IMG/VR virus record: IMGVR_UViG_2922690425_000004
Coordinates: 1-64,000 of that record
Strand: one strand, 5' to 3'
From: a virus
Lineage: Duplodnaviria; Caudoviricetes
Length of the DNA: 64,000 nucleotides
Positions 19,662-30,300 of this stretch are shown here, piece after piece. A model generated the notes under the pieces. The model was not told where the DNA came from. It saw only the letters and a list, made by a program, of their open reading frames with translations, and did not search any database. The position numbers and the translations under genes are program-made. How positions within the stretch are numbered: position 1 is the stretch's first letter; each line of letters starts with the position of its first letter.

Positions 19662-19777
19662 ACACAAAAGAACTCACAATATTGTGAGTTCCCTTGATTA
19701 GTCTTTGGGTAAAGCATAGTATTGGATAAAACATAGTCTTTTTAAAAATTAGTTTTAGGTAAAGCATAGTCTTATTT
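19662..19777 (-). ncRNA. Putative small RNA of about five tandem 16-17-nt repeats downstream of the NYN gene
   Basis: Consensus promoter upstream; units AAGACTATGCTTTACCT / AAAACTAATTTTTAAA / AAGACTATGTTTTATCC / AATACTATGCTTTACCC / AAAGACTAATC; terminator palindrome at 19670-19691 followed by a T tract. Confidence 0.65.
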
Positions 19778-19783
19778 ATAACA

Positions 19784-19812
19784 ATTATATTCCTTGGATC
19801 AGTATTTGTCAA
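19784..19812 (-). promoter_or_regulatory. Perfect sigmaA promoter overlapping the NYN stop codon
   Basis: TTGACA(19812-19807)-17 nt-TATAAT(19789-19784). Confidence 0.85.
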
Positions 19813-20687
19813 ATATTTCTGATGTATTTTTTATAAACATTTTTTATAAATTCATCGTTAATGCAATTACTTATTCGATTAATGGGATTGTTGGAATTAA
19901 ACAAGTATAAATATTCATCAGTAATTATTCCTTCAAATTCTTTTCCATATTCAACGCCTTCATTATTTTTTAGGCGATATTTATGAATTATTATCTTTCC
20001 TTCTAATTCAAGTTTATTTAGAAGGCGCACAAATTCGTATTCAAAGATGTTGTACCACGACAAGCTGTTTTCCGTGAATCTCTGTAAAGACAATAGTGGA
20101 GGTGTTTTCTGTTTATCTACATACTCTTTTTTTATATGGGCATTAAGATTGTGATATATATTTTCAGTAAGATGAGAGTCATTTTTCGCTTCTATTTCGT
20201 ACAAATCCTCAAAAAATGAATGAGATGTTGGTGTATGTAGTATTAAATCACTACTATTCTGAGAAGTAATAAGATGAACAAACCCCTTTTGCTTTTTGAT
20301 CGCTTTTATTAAAGGAGTCATATCTTTATCGTCTGATATTAAGACTACGCCATCAATTAGATTGTTTTGAAAAATCATTTCCATTGTATCAACTGCTATT
20401 TGAATATCTGCACAATTTTTTCCAGTGTTAGATGTGTGCCTTGTTTCAATACCAAACTCATGTAGTTTTGATTGATGGCGTGAGTTATACATATCAGGCA
20501 AATCGAAATTACAATATGCTATAATGTCAATTACATTCATAGATTTACCTTGTAAATACTTTCTTAAACGATTAAAAAAATCCTTCTCAAAAACATTGGT
20601 GTAGTCATTTCTTAAATTGTAGTGTACATTTTCATAATCAATCATAACACAGACGTTTCTAATCATTTCATTCACTCTGTTCATCAC
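19809..20687 (-). CDS. NYN (LabA/DUF88, PIN-like) ribonuclease domain protein with C-terminal winged-helix-like region
   Basis: VMIDYENV, KNCADIQIAVD and VLISDDKDMTPL carry the conserved acidic residues. Confidence 0.85.
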   Translation of the reverse strand: MMNRVNEMIRNVCVMIDYENVHYNLRNDYTNVFEKDFFNRLRKYLQGKSMNVIDIIAYCNFDLPDMYNSRHQSKLHEFGIETRHTSNTGKNCADIQIAVDTMEMIFQNNLIDGVVLISDDKDMTPLIKAIKKQKGFVHLITSQNSSDLILHTPTSHSFFEDLYEIEAKNDSHLTENIYHNLNAHIKKEYVDKQKTPPLLSLQRFTENSLSWYNIFEYEFVRLLNKLELEGKIIIHKYRLKNNEGVEYGKEFEGIITDEYLYLFNSNNPINRISNCINDEFIKNVYKKYIRNI

Positions 20688-20796
20688 TCTCCTATAATTC
20701 TACTATACGACATATGGGAACATATTCCTATAGAACAAATGTTTTATATAGTCGTATAGTAGGAGAGAGGAGAGAGAAAGATAGTAGTCTTAAGGT

Positions 20797-23700
20797 TTAC
20801 ATGAAGTCGTAGCGAGTACCGTTGAAGGTGATTTTGCCATCAGCAGAGAGAACGATGGAGGCTTTACCGTTGGAGATTTTTATTTCATTTTGGTTGCTTA
20901 TTATTGATACCTGATTTGCTTTTGCGATAAAATTCCCGCCATCACTGTTTATAACAATACCTAAATCTTGTAAACTTACACTTCTTTCTTTTCCGGTGTT
21001 GCTTGCTCCATACAAAAAATCAAAAGAACCATTAGGTTTATTTATAAAACCTTTGCCGCTTTTCTCAGTTGCTCCATCACCAATACCCATTTGGATATAT
21101 GGAGTTGCAGCATCGCCAGAACCATCAAATGAAAACTTAGCTTTTACTTTTTCTTCCATACTATATTCCAAGACGGGCCATTCAGTTTCATCTACAGTCA
21201 TTTCTCCAGATTGAGTTGAGTTTTTCCAATACAAAGCTCTGCCATCAGCCAATTTCTTTTGTGTGCCAGCACCATTGACTTTCCCAGTGATCCATTTTGC
21301 TTCGTTACTTTCTATTCGAATGTAGTTCGACCAATCAGTAAGAGCAGCATTTGTTAAAGTCGATAGTTTACCCGCTACAAGCGAGCTTACAAAGCCCTCT
21401 GTGGCTGTAACTATATTAGCTGCCAGTAATTGAGTATCAATCATCCCAGCTCCAATCAAATCCCACCCATTGAGGTCGAATTTGCCGTTTCCAGTGTCGG
21501 CAAGAAATCTACCATCAGGCTTGGTGAGCAACACATTCTTGAATCTGGCACGACCGTCCATGTAGATCGCCGCTGGCGCACTGTCTTGCTGGAGACCGCC
21601 TACCCGAAATCCCGATGAATCCAATACGATTACTCTGTTTCCTCCACCAACTATTACCTGACCATCTTGGAATACTCCACCTTTTGCATACATTACACCG
21701 TCTGGCGACACTCGGAACGGGGAATCCGAGAACTGCTCTGATCCCAAGTAGATACCCTGCATATCGGCAGAAAATACATAATTACCTTTACCTATACGAA
21801 TTGATCCATCAGCAATAATACTATCACTAATTCTCAAATTTTGAGCATTTAACAATCCATCCAAACTAGTCCACAATGTTTTTTTATATGTTGTTCCACT
21901 TTTCTGGTCAATAAAGAAACCTGAATCACTATCAATTCCTACATGATTAATTACACTAGTATTGCCACAATCAGTAGAAGCGTAATGATTAAATCGTAAC
22001 CCAAACTTATCTGGATTTTCTTCCAATAGCCCAAGCTTAACGACTTCACGTTTACATCTATCCTGAATGGTTAGTTTAGAGCCTTCGATAGTGAATACAC
22101 CAGTTGTATCACCAATTACTACACGTTCACCAAGGATAATTTTTCCAAGCACTTGTTCTGCAATCAATCCATCGGCGCTGAGGGCTGTCTCGAATTTTTG
22201 CCCTCCTGAGCGTGTAAGACCAATCGCCCCCGACGTCATTTTAAGGTATCTCATGGGATTTTTTTCATCATAAACAGTGATGCCAGTGTGATCCAGTGTA
22301 ACTGTTTCATTAATCGCCATCTCTAAACGCTCTTTTTCTCTATTCCAGACATTTTCAAACAGCTTATTCATTTCACTTGAATCAAACACTGCTTTATCAT
22401 ATTTGAACTTATTTAGATCCAACGTAACTCCATGAGTCCGTACATCTTGAAACAACTTATCAAATTCATTGCCCATTCTACTTACATCTTTTACATTAGA
22501 TATCGTCAGACTAATATTCGACTGTTCATAATCATATTCAATCTTAATTATTCTTGCCGTAACATCTACGCCAGTTGGCTCATATTTGATGTTAACGAAA
22601 TCACCAAGATTCATCTTCTTCCAATCATATTGTGCTTCAATTATCTCTAAGAAGTTAACAATATCGATCTCCATGCTAAGTTGTGGACGTAGCAATTCTT
22701 TGAACTTCTTCATTGTTTCATCGTACAAATCTTGCTCATCTATGTATTTACTGTCTGAGTAGTCCTGCGTAATAATATATGAGTCGCTTAACTCCATCAT
22801 TTGCTCATGTGTAAAGTTCTTATCATATGCAAATGTACTTCTCAGGTTGCTTATCTTGTTGGAAACAGTAGTCAAATTAGCTTTAACAGCATCAATTTCA
22901 GCTTGTTTCTGTTTAATCTGCATTTCCTTATTATCTAAACTGTATCGCTCAATAATCTTTGAATCAGTGCCAGAATCATACTCATCTATGCTAATGTTAC
23001 ATACCTGAATGTATACACCCGTATTGCCACCGCTAATAGAGACATTGACATGATCCTGATATCGAACCTTACCCAGAAGTCTCCATTGATTAGAAGAAAC
23101 GGCTTTATTCGATCTATCTAAACTAACTGTAACACCAGTTGTGTCATCAACCTTAATCATAACCGCATAACCAAAATCAGAAGACAATTTGAAGCTACGT
23201 GAACTGCTACCAGAATGCTCATACTTCTCAAAAAACATCTTCAAATCAAATTGTTGAGATATTTTCGTATCTGCAACTACAACTTCATTTTTTACTAGCT
23301 TATCCATATCAACTTCAAGAAGAGCTAGTTGCTTTTCATAGCCTTGTTGTTCCTTGAGGTATGCATTAAACTCTGTTTTCTTTGATTCAATTAATGCTTC
23401 AAAGTCGAGTAGGGCATGACACAACGAATCACTCATGTAATCACTGTGTCTAATGACATTCCGATTAGCATCCCGTTCAAATGGATACATGAAATATTGA
23501 AAGCTTTCTACATAGTTTTGCCCAGTAGGATTTACTTTTTCAAATGTCATGTCATCCTGACCAAACCCCTTTAACCTTGTGACTATAGGTTCAGAGGTTG
23601 AATGTCTAGTCATCGATTTTAAATACTTATTCCAACTAAAGGTCAATCCTTTATTTGTACCAGTCAGTTCAGGTTTTTGTAATGAAATGGTGTTTTTATC

Positions 23701-24252
23701 AGTATTGAAAATCGTTATAGCATTGTATGTTTCACCAACTGTCAAAATCGCATCTAATACATTTGTACTTGAGAAGTCAAATGCCCTATAAGTTAATTTG
23801 AAATCAGCATCAATGTAGTCGATTTTCCAAGTTGTTGGTGCAAGAATTTCATTCAATATTTGTTCGGCATGATACGATTCTACAGTCAATCCCCGTATTG
23901 CAAAACCAACTAGAAGACCAGCGGTAGAAATACAATTCAACGTACGAATATCGGATTCATCTGAACTAGAATCTTCAATGCTTTTAATATAGTACCAATC
24001 AACATTATTCCCATTTACGACTTTAATTAGATATCTTTCTCGAATTAGACCGATGTTTTTATTCGGTACTAAGCGATGATTGACATCGATGTAAAAGGGG
24101 ATTGATAACTCTAATTCATTAATATCGTGCCATGTGGTAGAAATTTCATCATTAAACGCCTCACTTATTTTGCTTATGATTGTCCTATCTGGTCTACATA
24201 AGAAATATTGAGGTTGAATAGGTTTTAAATTGTAATCAATTTCTCCCAGCAA
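20797..24252 (-). CDS. Tail spike/hub protein (Tal, prophage-tail endopeptidase-like) with C-terminal beta-helix
   Basis: Follows the tape measure; TRLKGFG..GQNYVESFQYF; coiled coil; gp5-like beta-repeats at the C-terminus. Confidence 0.75.
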   Translation of the reverse strand: MLGEIDYNLKPIQPQYFLCRPDRTIISKISEAFNDEISTTWHDINELELSIPFYIDVNHRLVPNKNIGLIRERYLIKVVNGNNVDWYYIKSIEDSSSDESDIRTLNCISTAGLLVGFAIRGLTVESYHAEQILNEILAPTTWKIDYIDADFKLTYRAFDFSSTNVLDAILTVGETYNAITIFNTDKNTISLQKPELTGTNKGLTFSWNKYLKSMTRHSTSEPIVTRLKGFGQDDMTFEKVNPTGQNYVESFQYFMYPFERDANRNVIRHSDYMSDSLCHALLDFEALIESKKTEFNAYLKEQQGYEKQLALLEVDMDKLVKNEVVVADTKISQQFDLKMFFEKYEHSGSSSRSFKLSSDFGYAVMIKVDDTTGVTVSLDRSNKAVSSNQWRLLGKVRYQDHVNVSISGGNTGVYIQVCNISIDEYDSGTDSKIIERYSLDNKEMQIKQKQAEIDAVKANLTTVSNKISNLRSTFAYDKNFTHEQMMELSDSYIITQDYSDSKYIDEQDLYDETMKKFKELLRPQLSMEIDIVNFLEIIEAQYDWKKMNLGDFVNIKYEPTGVDVTARIIKIEYDYEQSNISLTISNVKDVSRMGNEFDKLFQDVRTHGVTLDLNKFKYDKAVFDSSEMNKLFENVWNREKERLEMAINETVTLDHTGITVYDEKNPMRYLKMTSGAIGLTRSGGQKFETALSADGLIAEQVLGKIILGERVVIGDTTGVFTIEGSKLTIQDRCKREVVKLGLLEENPDKFGLRFNHYASTDCGNTSVINHVGIDSDSGFFIDQKSGTTYKKTLWTSLDGLLNAQNLRISDSIIADGSIRIGKGNYVFSADMQGIYLGSEQFSDSPFRVSPDGVMYAKGGVFQDGQVIVGGGNRVIVLDSSGFRVGGLQQDSAPAAIYMDGRARFKNVLLTKPDGRFLADTGNGKFDLNGWDLIGAGMIDTQLLAANIVTATEGFVSSLVAGKLSTLTNAALTDWSNYIRIESNEAKWITGKVNGAGTQKKLADGRALYWKNSTQSGEMTVDETEWPVLEYSMEEKVKAKFSFDGSGDAATPYIQMGIGDGATEKSGKGFINKPNGSFDFLYGASNTGKERSVSLQDLGIVINSDGGNFIAKANQVSIISNQNEIKISNGKASIVLSADGKITFNGTRYDFM

Positions 24253-24300
24253 TGTATCACCTCTTTAAAATAGTGATGGGGGAGAGGTAATCCCCACCGA

Positions 24301-27300
24301 TTATAGATTAAAGCCATAATTATTTCCTAGAACGCCTCTCTTTGATTGTGTTTTAGCGGCATCAATTAATTTGGTTAAGATGTTCGATCCTGACTCCTTA
24401 TCATTTGCATGAATTTCAACCTTTTCAAAATGAAAACTGTTAACATTTGAAGCAGTAGACGTATTATTATTTCTAACAAAGTTGGGGGTAAAGGTACTTT
24501 TAACTGAATCAACAATGCCACGGGTTACATCAATGATTTTCAACAAATTCCCCGTATCACTCTTATTAAGAACTAATTCCTTTTCATGAGCCAACAGAAA
24601 TTTACCGCCAGAGAAAGTAGGGGTCATACCTCCTGTATCAGCACTAAACACTTTCTGTTTAACCAGATAGTCGTAGCTTCCATCTGGAAACCCCCATTTT
24701 GAGCGCATTGCATCATTTTCAGATTTAAGGGACTGAAATTGTGCTTGAAGACTTTTAATTTTATTGTTATCTGGTTTCTTTTCACGTTGTAACTGAACGA
24801 CTTGTTTAGAAATACTTTCAGCCTTTTGCTTGTTGGAAAGGTATTTCTGCCAATCTCCCTTTTCTTTTTCCTTATTGCTGCCATTACCTGAACCATTTCC
24901 GTTTCCATCGCCAGTTCCAATGCCCGTGTTATTGCCGATTCCACTATCTAAATTCAAGAAGTCGTTAAGTTTGCCTTGATCCATCGAAAGACTGTCCAGC
25001 ATATTTTGCATTTGCTTACTTGTTTCCAATGATTGCTCTTGAAGGAAGGTGAAGAACTTAGAATACTCGCCTTTTAGTTCATCAATCACAGATTTTACCT
25101 TAGTCTTGTCATTGGACATGAGGTCTTGCTTCATTCTATAGAATCGTTGTTCGTCTTCAAGAATGTCATCATACTTCTGCTCAGTAAGTTCTTTTTCTCT
25201 ATCGATGTTATCTGTAATTGCGTCATGAGTTCGATCTTCAGCATCTTTGGTTTTATCAAGGTACTTTTTGCGGTCTTCTAACTGGTCATTCAAGCCTTCT
25301 TTACGTAATTCACGCTCACGGTCAAGTTTAAACTTATCGATCTCTTCATTCTTTGCATCTAGTTGATCGGTTAAATCTTTCCTTTTAGCCTTAGCTTCAT
25401 AGGAATTATTAAGAGCAAGCTCATTAATTTTATCCTGTATCTTTTGGCGCTCATCTAGTTTCTTTTTGAGTTCCTTGTCATAGTCATCAGATTCGCTTGT
25501 TCGATCTAACTCCTGAAGCTGGCGTTTAATAATCTCTTCAAATCGATCAGACTCTTCTTCGAGATTTTTTAATCGAGCTTCATGTCTCTTATCTTCAGCT
25601 TCTTTTTGTTTATCGATAGCCTTTAAAGCTAAATCCTTCTGTTTCTCAATCTGTTTTTTGTATGCTTCAATAATCTTATCAGCAGCCGCAGATTTGATAG
25701 AGTAGATAGCATTGTTATACTCAAGGTTCTTCAGCGTTAGATCTTGAAGACGTTTAGACAATTCCTCTTTATTCTGTAAATTCAACTTTTCATTTTTCAA
25801 TTGTCTCTCTACAGCTAAAATCTCTTTCTCTGTAGCTACACGTTGCTCATTTATCAACCCGATCTGAGTAATAAGCTCTTGTTGATATGCCTTCGAGTTT
25901 TCGTCCAACGATTCCATACGAGCCTTGGACAGAGCTATCTTATCAGCAGCAGCATTAATCTTTTTCTCATATTCATCAAGATTAGAGACAATGACAGCAT
26001 AGTATTTTTCTTGTTTCTGTTGTTCTAGTTCCCACCACTTTGTACTATTCGAAGCTTTCTGCTTATCAAACTCACCAGATGTAATCTTATTTTGCTTAAC
26101 TAGATTATCAAGATTGATATTCTGAGAGACTAATTCCTTTTGTTGCGCTGTCAGTGACTTAATTTGAGAAGATTCTTCTTTTCGCCAGTTTGCTGATACT
26201 TGATCATACTTAGCCTGTCTACCTTGAGATTTAGCAATGTCAGCGTCCAAAGCATCCAGCTTGTTCTGACTCATAGTTACGTAGTTCTCAATATAATCAA
26301 CACGAGCTTTATAAATGTTATCGTATGTAGTTGTTCTATTTTTCCGTGCATCTTCTTGTGCTTTTGCTAAATCCGAGGCTGAAGGAAGGGTGTATTTGTT
26401 TTTAGATTTACCACCTGAAACAGAGGAGGTATCACCATCGTAGTATCTCAATACGTTGCCAACATAATTTACATCACCATAAACCTTACTACCAGTTTTC
26501 TGCTTTTGTTTAGCAGAGAACTTCTTCATGTTCTCTACACTGTAGCCACCATTTTTATTGAAATAATCCAATATTCCTGGCCCCATATTATACATAGCCA
26601 AAGCGATTTCAACGTTGCCCGTTTGATTGAGATATTTTGCAAACATTGAGGTGCCAGTTTTAATACTGCTTTCAACATTAGTGTTTTTACCAAGGCTGCT
26701 AACCTGCATTACATTTTTAATACCATTAGCGCCGTTACCTGACTCTTGTTGAATGATTGCCTTAATTAACGCAGGATCAACGCCATTCGTTGAAGCGTAT
26801 TTGTTTATCAGATCAGCATTTTTACCTGTAACTTTACTACTAGATGCAACAGAAGTTGAAGTAGGGAGGGCAGAAGCACCGGGAATGCGTGTAGCTCCAT
26901 CATAACGAGTTGCCCAATATTTGTCGTTTAGATTGCCTTGCTTTAATCCCGAATTGCCCATTTGCATAAAGTTTCCATCGCCCATATAAACACCTACATG
27001 GGAATGTGCTTTGCCATTGGTATTGAAGAATACCAAATCGCCTTTCTGCAATTCCTTTTTACTTGTTACAGCAGTACCTTGTTTGGCTTGTTCAGCGGCA
27101 GTGCGAGGCAGCTTAATATTAAGGAACTCCTTAAACATTTCCTGCACAAACTGAGAGCAATCCGATGTTGCTCTTTGTACAAACTCATCGTATGTACCTT
27201 TGTATTCGCCGTTTATTTGTTTATATTTAAATGCACCAGAAGAGGAGAGGGATAAAGCTTCTTCTATCATCGAGTCTAAGCCAGTTCCACCTTTTGTAGT

Positions 27301-30300
27301 AGTGGTGACTTTTGTAGACACTAGCTTAGATGGATCTTTAATGCCTTCTGTGTACAATTCAGCTTGCTTTTCAAGAAGTTTTATCTGTTCCTTCAGGGCT
27401 TTTCCGTATTCCTCTGTTCCTTTTTTTAATCGACTCATTCGGCTAGTCTGCGCATCTTGAGCAGCAGCAATCGCTTTAAGTTTCTTCTGAGTTTCGGTTA
27501 AAATTTCATTAGTTTCTGACAAAGAGTCGTTGTATTGATCGTTTTTCTTGGTGGCTTCTTTGCTAATTCCAAAATTAGGATCAGAATAAATACCCAGTAA
27601 TTCTTTTCCCTTAGATGCCTTTTCTTCTAACTCCTGAACGCTTTTAGAAATCTCATCATACTGCTCTTTAAGTGCATCGTTTCTGGCTTTTCTGGCTTCT
27701 TCAAACATGGGGTTATAATATACTGTCTTACCCAAGTTGAAATCAAACTTCTCTTCATAGCCCAAACCCTTACGCATTTCAGGAGACAGTGCTGCGATCT
27801 TTGCGTTTGCTATTTCATCCTCAATAGCCGCCAAAGCTTTTTTAGCATCTGCTAAATCTTTTACACTCTTTAACTCAAGACCGTATCCGTTTATAGTGCT
27901 AATGGAAGCATTAATCGCATTTAAGCTCCGTTGCTTATCTCCTTCAATTGACTGCTTAATCATTTTCAACTGAGCTTCTCTTAGATCGTTGACTGCCTCA
28001 GTTTCTAATATGTATCCATCTTTGACTTTTTTCACACTAGCGGCTAATTGAGGATTTTTTTTGATTAATTCTGCAACTGTTTCTGCACTCAAATAGCCAT
28101 TTTTTTGTTGATCATACAATGCTTGATTTAAGGTTTTGAGTTCGGAAGAGCTGTCGTCAAGAGCTTTGTTTAATTTTTCAAAAGCATCAGAAGCGTCATC
28201 TGTTGCATTAGCCATTTTACTATCAGCACCAGCTAATTGATCGGTTGCTTCAATGTTAGTCATGTACTTCTGATTAGCATCGTCCAACTCTTTAGATAAA
28301 GTTTGTTGCTTGCCAGTAAATTCATCAACTTTACTTTGAGCCATAGCAATCATTTGATAGTAACCTTGAATCGTTTCTGGGGATTTTGCAAAAGCACCTG
28401 CAATTGAATTGTCATTCATTATTGTATCTAGATCATTTTTATACTTCTTTAAATCTTCTTTTGCTTTTTTTAGTGCTTCTTCATTATTTTCGTATTCATT
28501 CTTCTTTTTATCATAGGCTCCACGAGCTGCTTCGGTATTCGCTTCAGCAGCAGCTTGTTTTTTTTGTTTTAATAGTTCGATTTCATACTTGACTGCATCT
28601 TCACTGAAATGTGCAGCTTTTAATCTTTTCAATCCTTCTTCTGTTGCGGTTATACCAACAGCTTTATACATTTCTTCTAATTGTTTTTGAGCGGTTGCTT
28701 GTTGTTGGGCAGAAAGTGTACCGCCGTCCATAGCTTTCTTGTATTTGTTGATAGCGTCTGCAACTTTAGGCAAGAAATCGATTTGTCGCTTATATTGATT
28801 GATTTGCCGTTCTCGCGCCTCTATACTGTCATTTATCTGTTGAGTTTCGTCACGCTGCGCTTTTTCTGCTGTACCCAAGCCCACAGCCAATGAAGCTAAC
28901 AATCCAATGACAACAGATATTCCCATTGTTGCTATACTTGTTGTAACAGCAGCTCTAGCAGATGCAGCAGTCTGCGCATTTATCGCAACAGTTGTTGCCT
29001 CAGTTGCTACTGTTCTCCCAACCTCAGCAGTCGAAGCGGTTCTTGAGGTTACAGCATGGGCGGCATTAGCAACAGAACTTGCAGTAACAGCGGCAGTCTC
29101 TTCGTTTGTTACGACTATCATGCCTTGTCTCATAGCTTTTACAACAATCATTGAATCAATAGCCGTTTTGATAGGAGATTTAAGTGCAACAAATGCCGCC
29201 CCTAGTGCAACTATAGCTGTACTCACACCAAAGATTGATGAAGGTATTTTTGACATACCAATAAATAATTGATCAGTAATATCAAGTATGGTCTTTATCA
29301 TACTACGTAATCCATCATTACCAGCTGTGTTGAAGATATCAATGAATGACGTTTTTACCTGTGAGGCTTTACGGGAAATGGTATCCATTTGAGTAGTTAA
29401 GTATTCTAATGTGCTTCCAGTAGATCCAATAGAGTATGCTGTACCCAATAAGATATCACCGGGTTGGAGGGATGCTGCCAACTTCGCATACTGATAGACA
29501 CCGCGAGAAATGGCTGCATAAGATTGAGTTAAATCATAATTCTTATCGATTACCGCAATAGACAAATCCAGCAAGATATCTTCTGCCTTACGCCATTCTT
29601 CAACACCATTTACAACTTTCTTAGTCTCAACACCAAGACTCTCAATTTCATTAACAGCCTTACTGGTTCGGATAGTACCCAATACGGTTTTCCACATGTT
29701 ACCTAAGTTTTCACCAGATAATGCGGTATTACGCATACCCGATGAAATCAGACCGTTCATGAAATCAAAACTAACGCCTGTTTCTTGGGCAATTTTACCT
29801 GTGCGCTCAAATGCTGCACCTAAGTCTCTAGCAGGAGCCATAGTTTCGTGTGCTACCTTACTCCAAGAATCAAGGATTCGACCACCATACAGTTGTGCAT
29901 CATTTGTATTCTTAAGTTGCACACCATATTGAGCTAGCACCGATTCCATTGATTTTGTGGCATCTTCAAGACTCACCAAGTCAACTGTGGAAAGCATAGT
30001 AGATTGACGTACTAGGGTCTGAACAACACCGACATCTTTATACATACGACCCCAGAGACGTGCAGACTCAATTACATCAGTGATGGCGGCGGCTTGGTCG
30101 TGCGCTGTTTGAATGAACTGCCTTGACTCGTTATTAACCTTTTGCATATCCAAAGAGCCTTTTTGTAGACCTTGAAAGTAGTGCTCATTTGTTTGAATAT
30201 ATCCAGCCATGTGACTCTCAATGTCAATCATGCCTTTAAATCCGGCAGTAATACTAGAAAATACAGTGCCGTATAATGCACCAGCAATCATATGTGCACC

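Noticed and set aside
19634-19768. 44-codon minus-strand ORF (MLYLKLIFKK..) across the repeat RNA
   Set aside because: No SD, the ATG is ~10 nt from the predicted TSS, and the ORF runs through the terminator. Kept only as an alternative.
19696-19773. Repeats read as a mini CRISPR array
   Set aside because: Units are contiguous, 16-17 nt, with no unique spacers, and there are no cas genes in the window.
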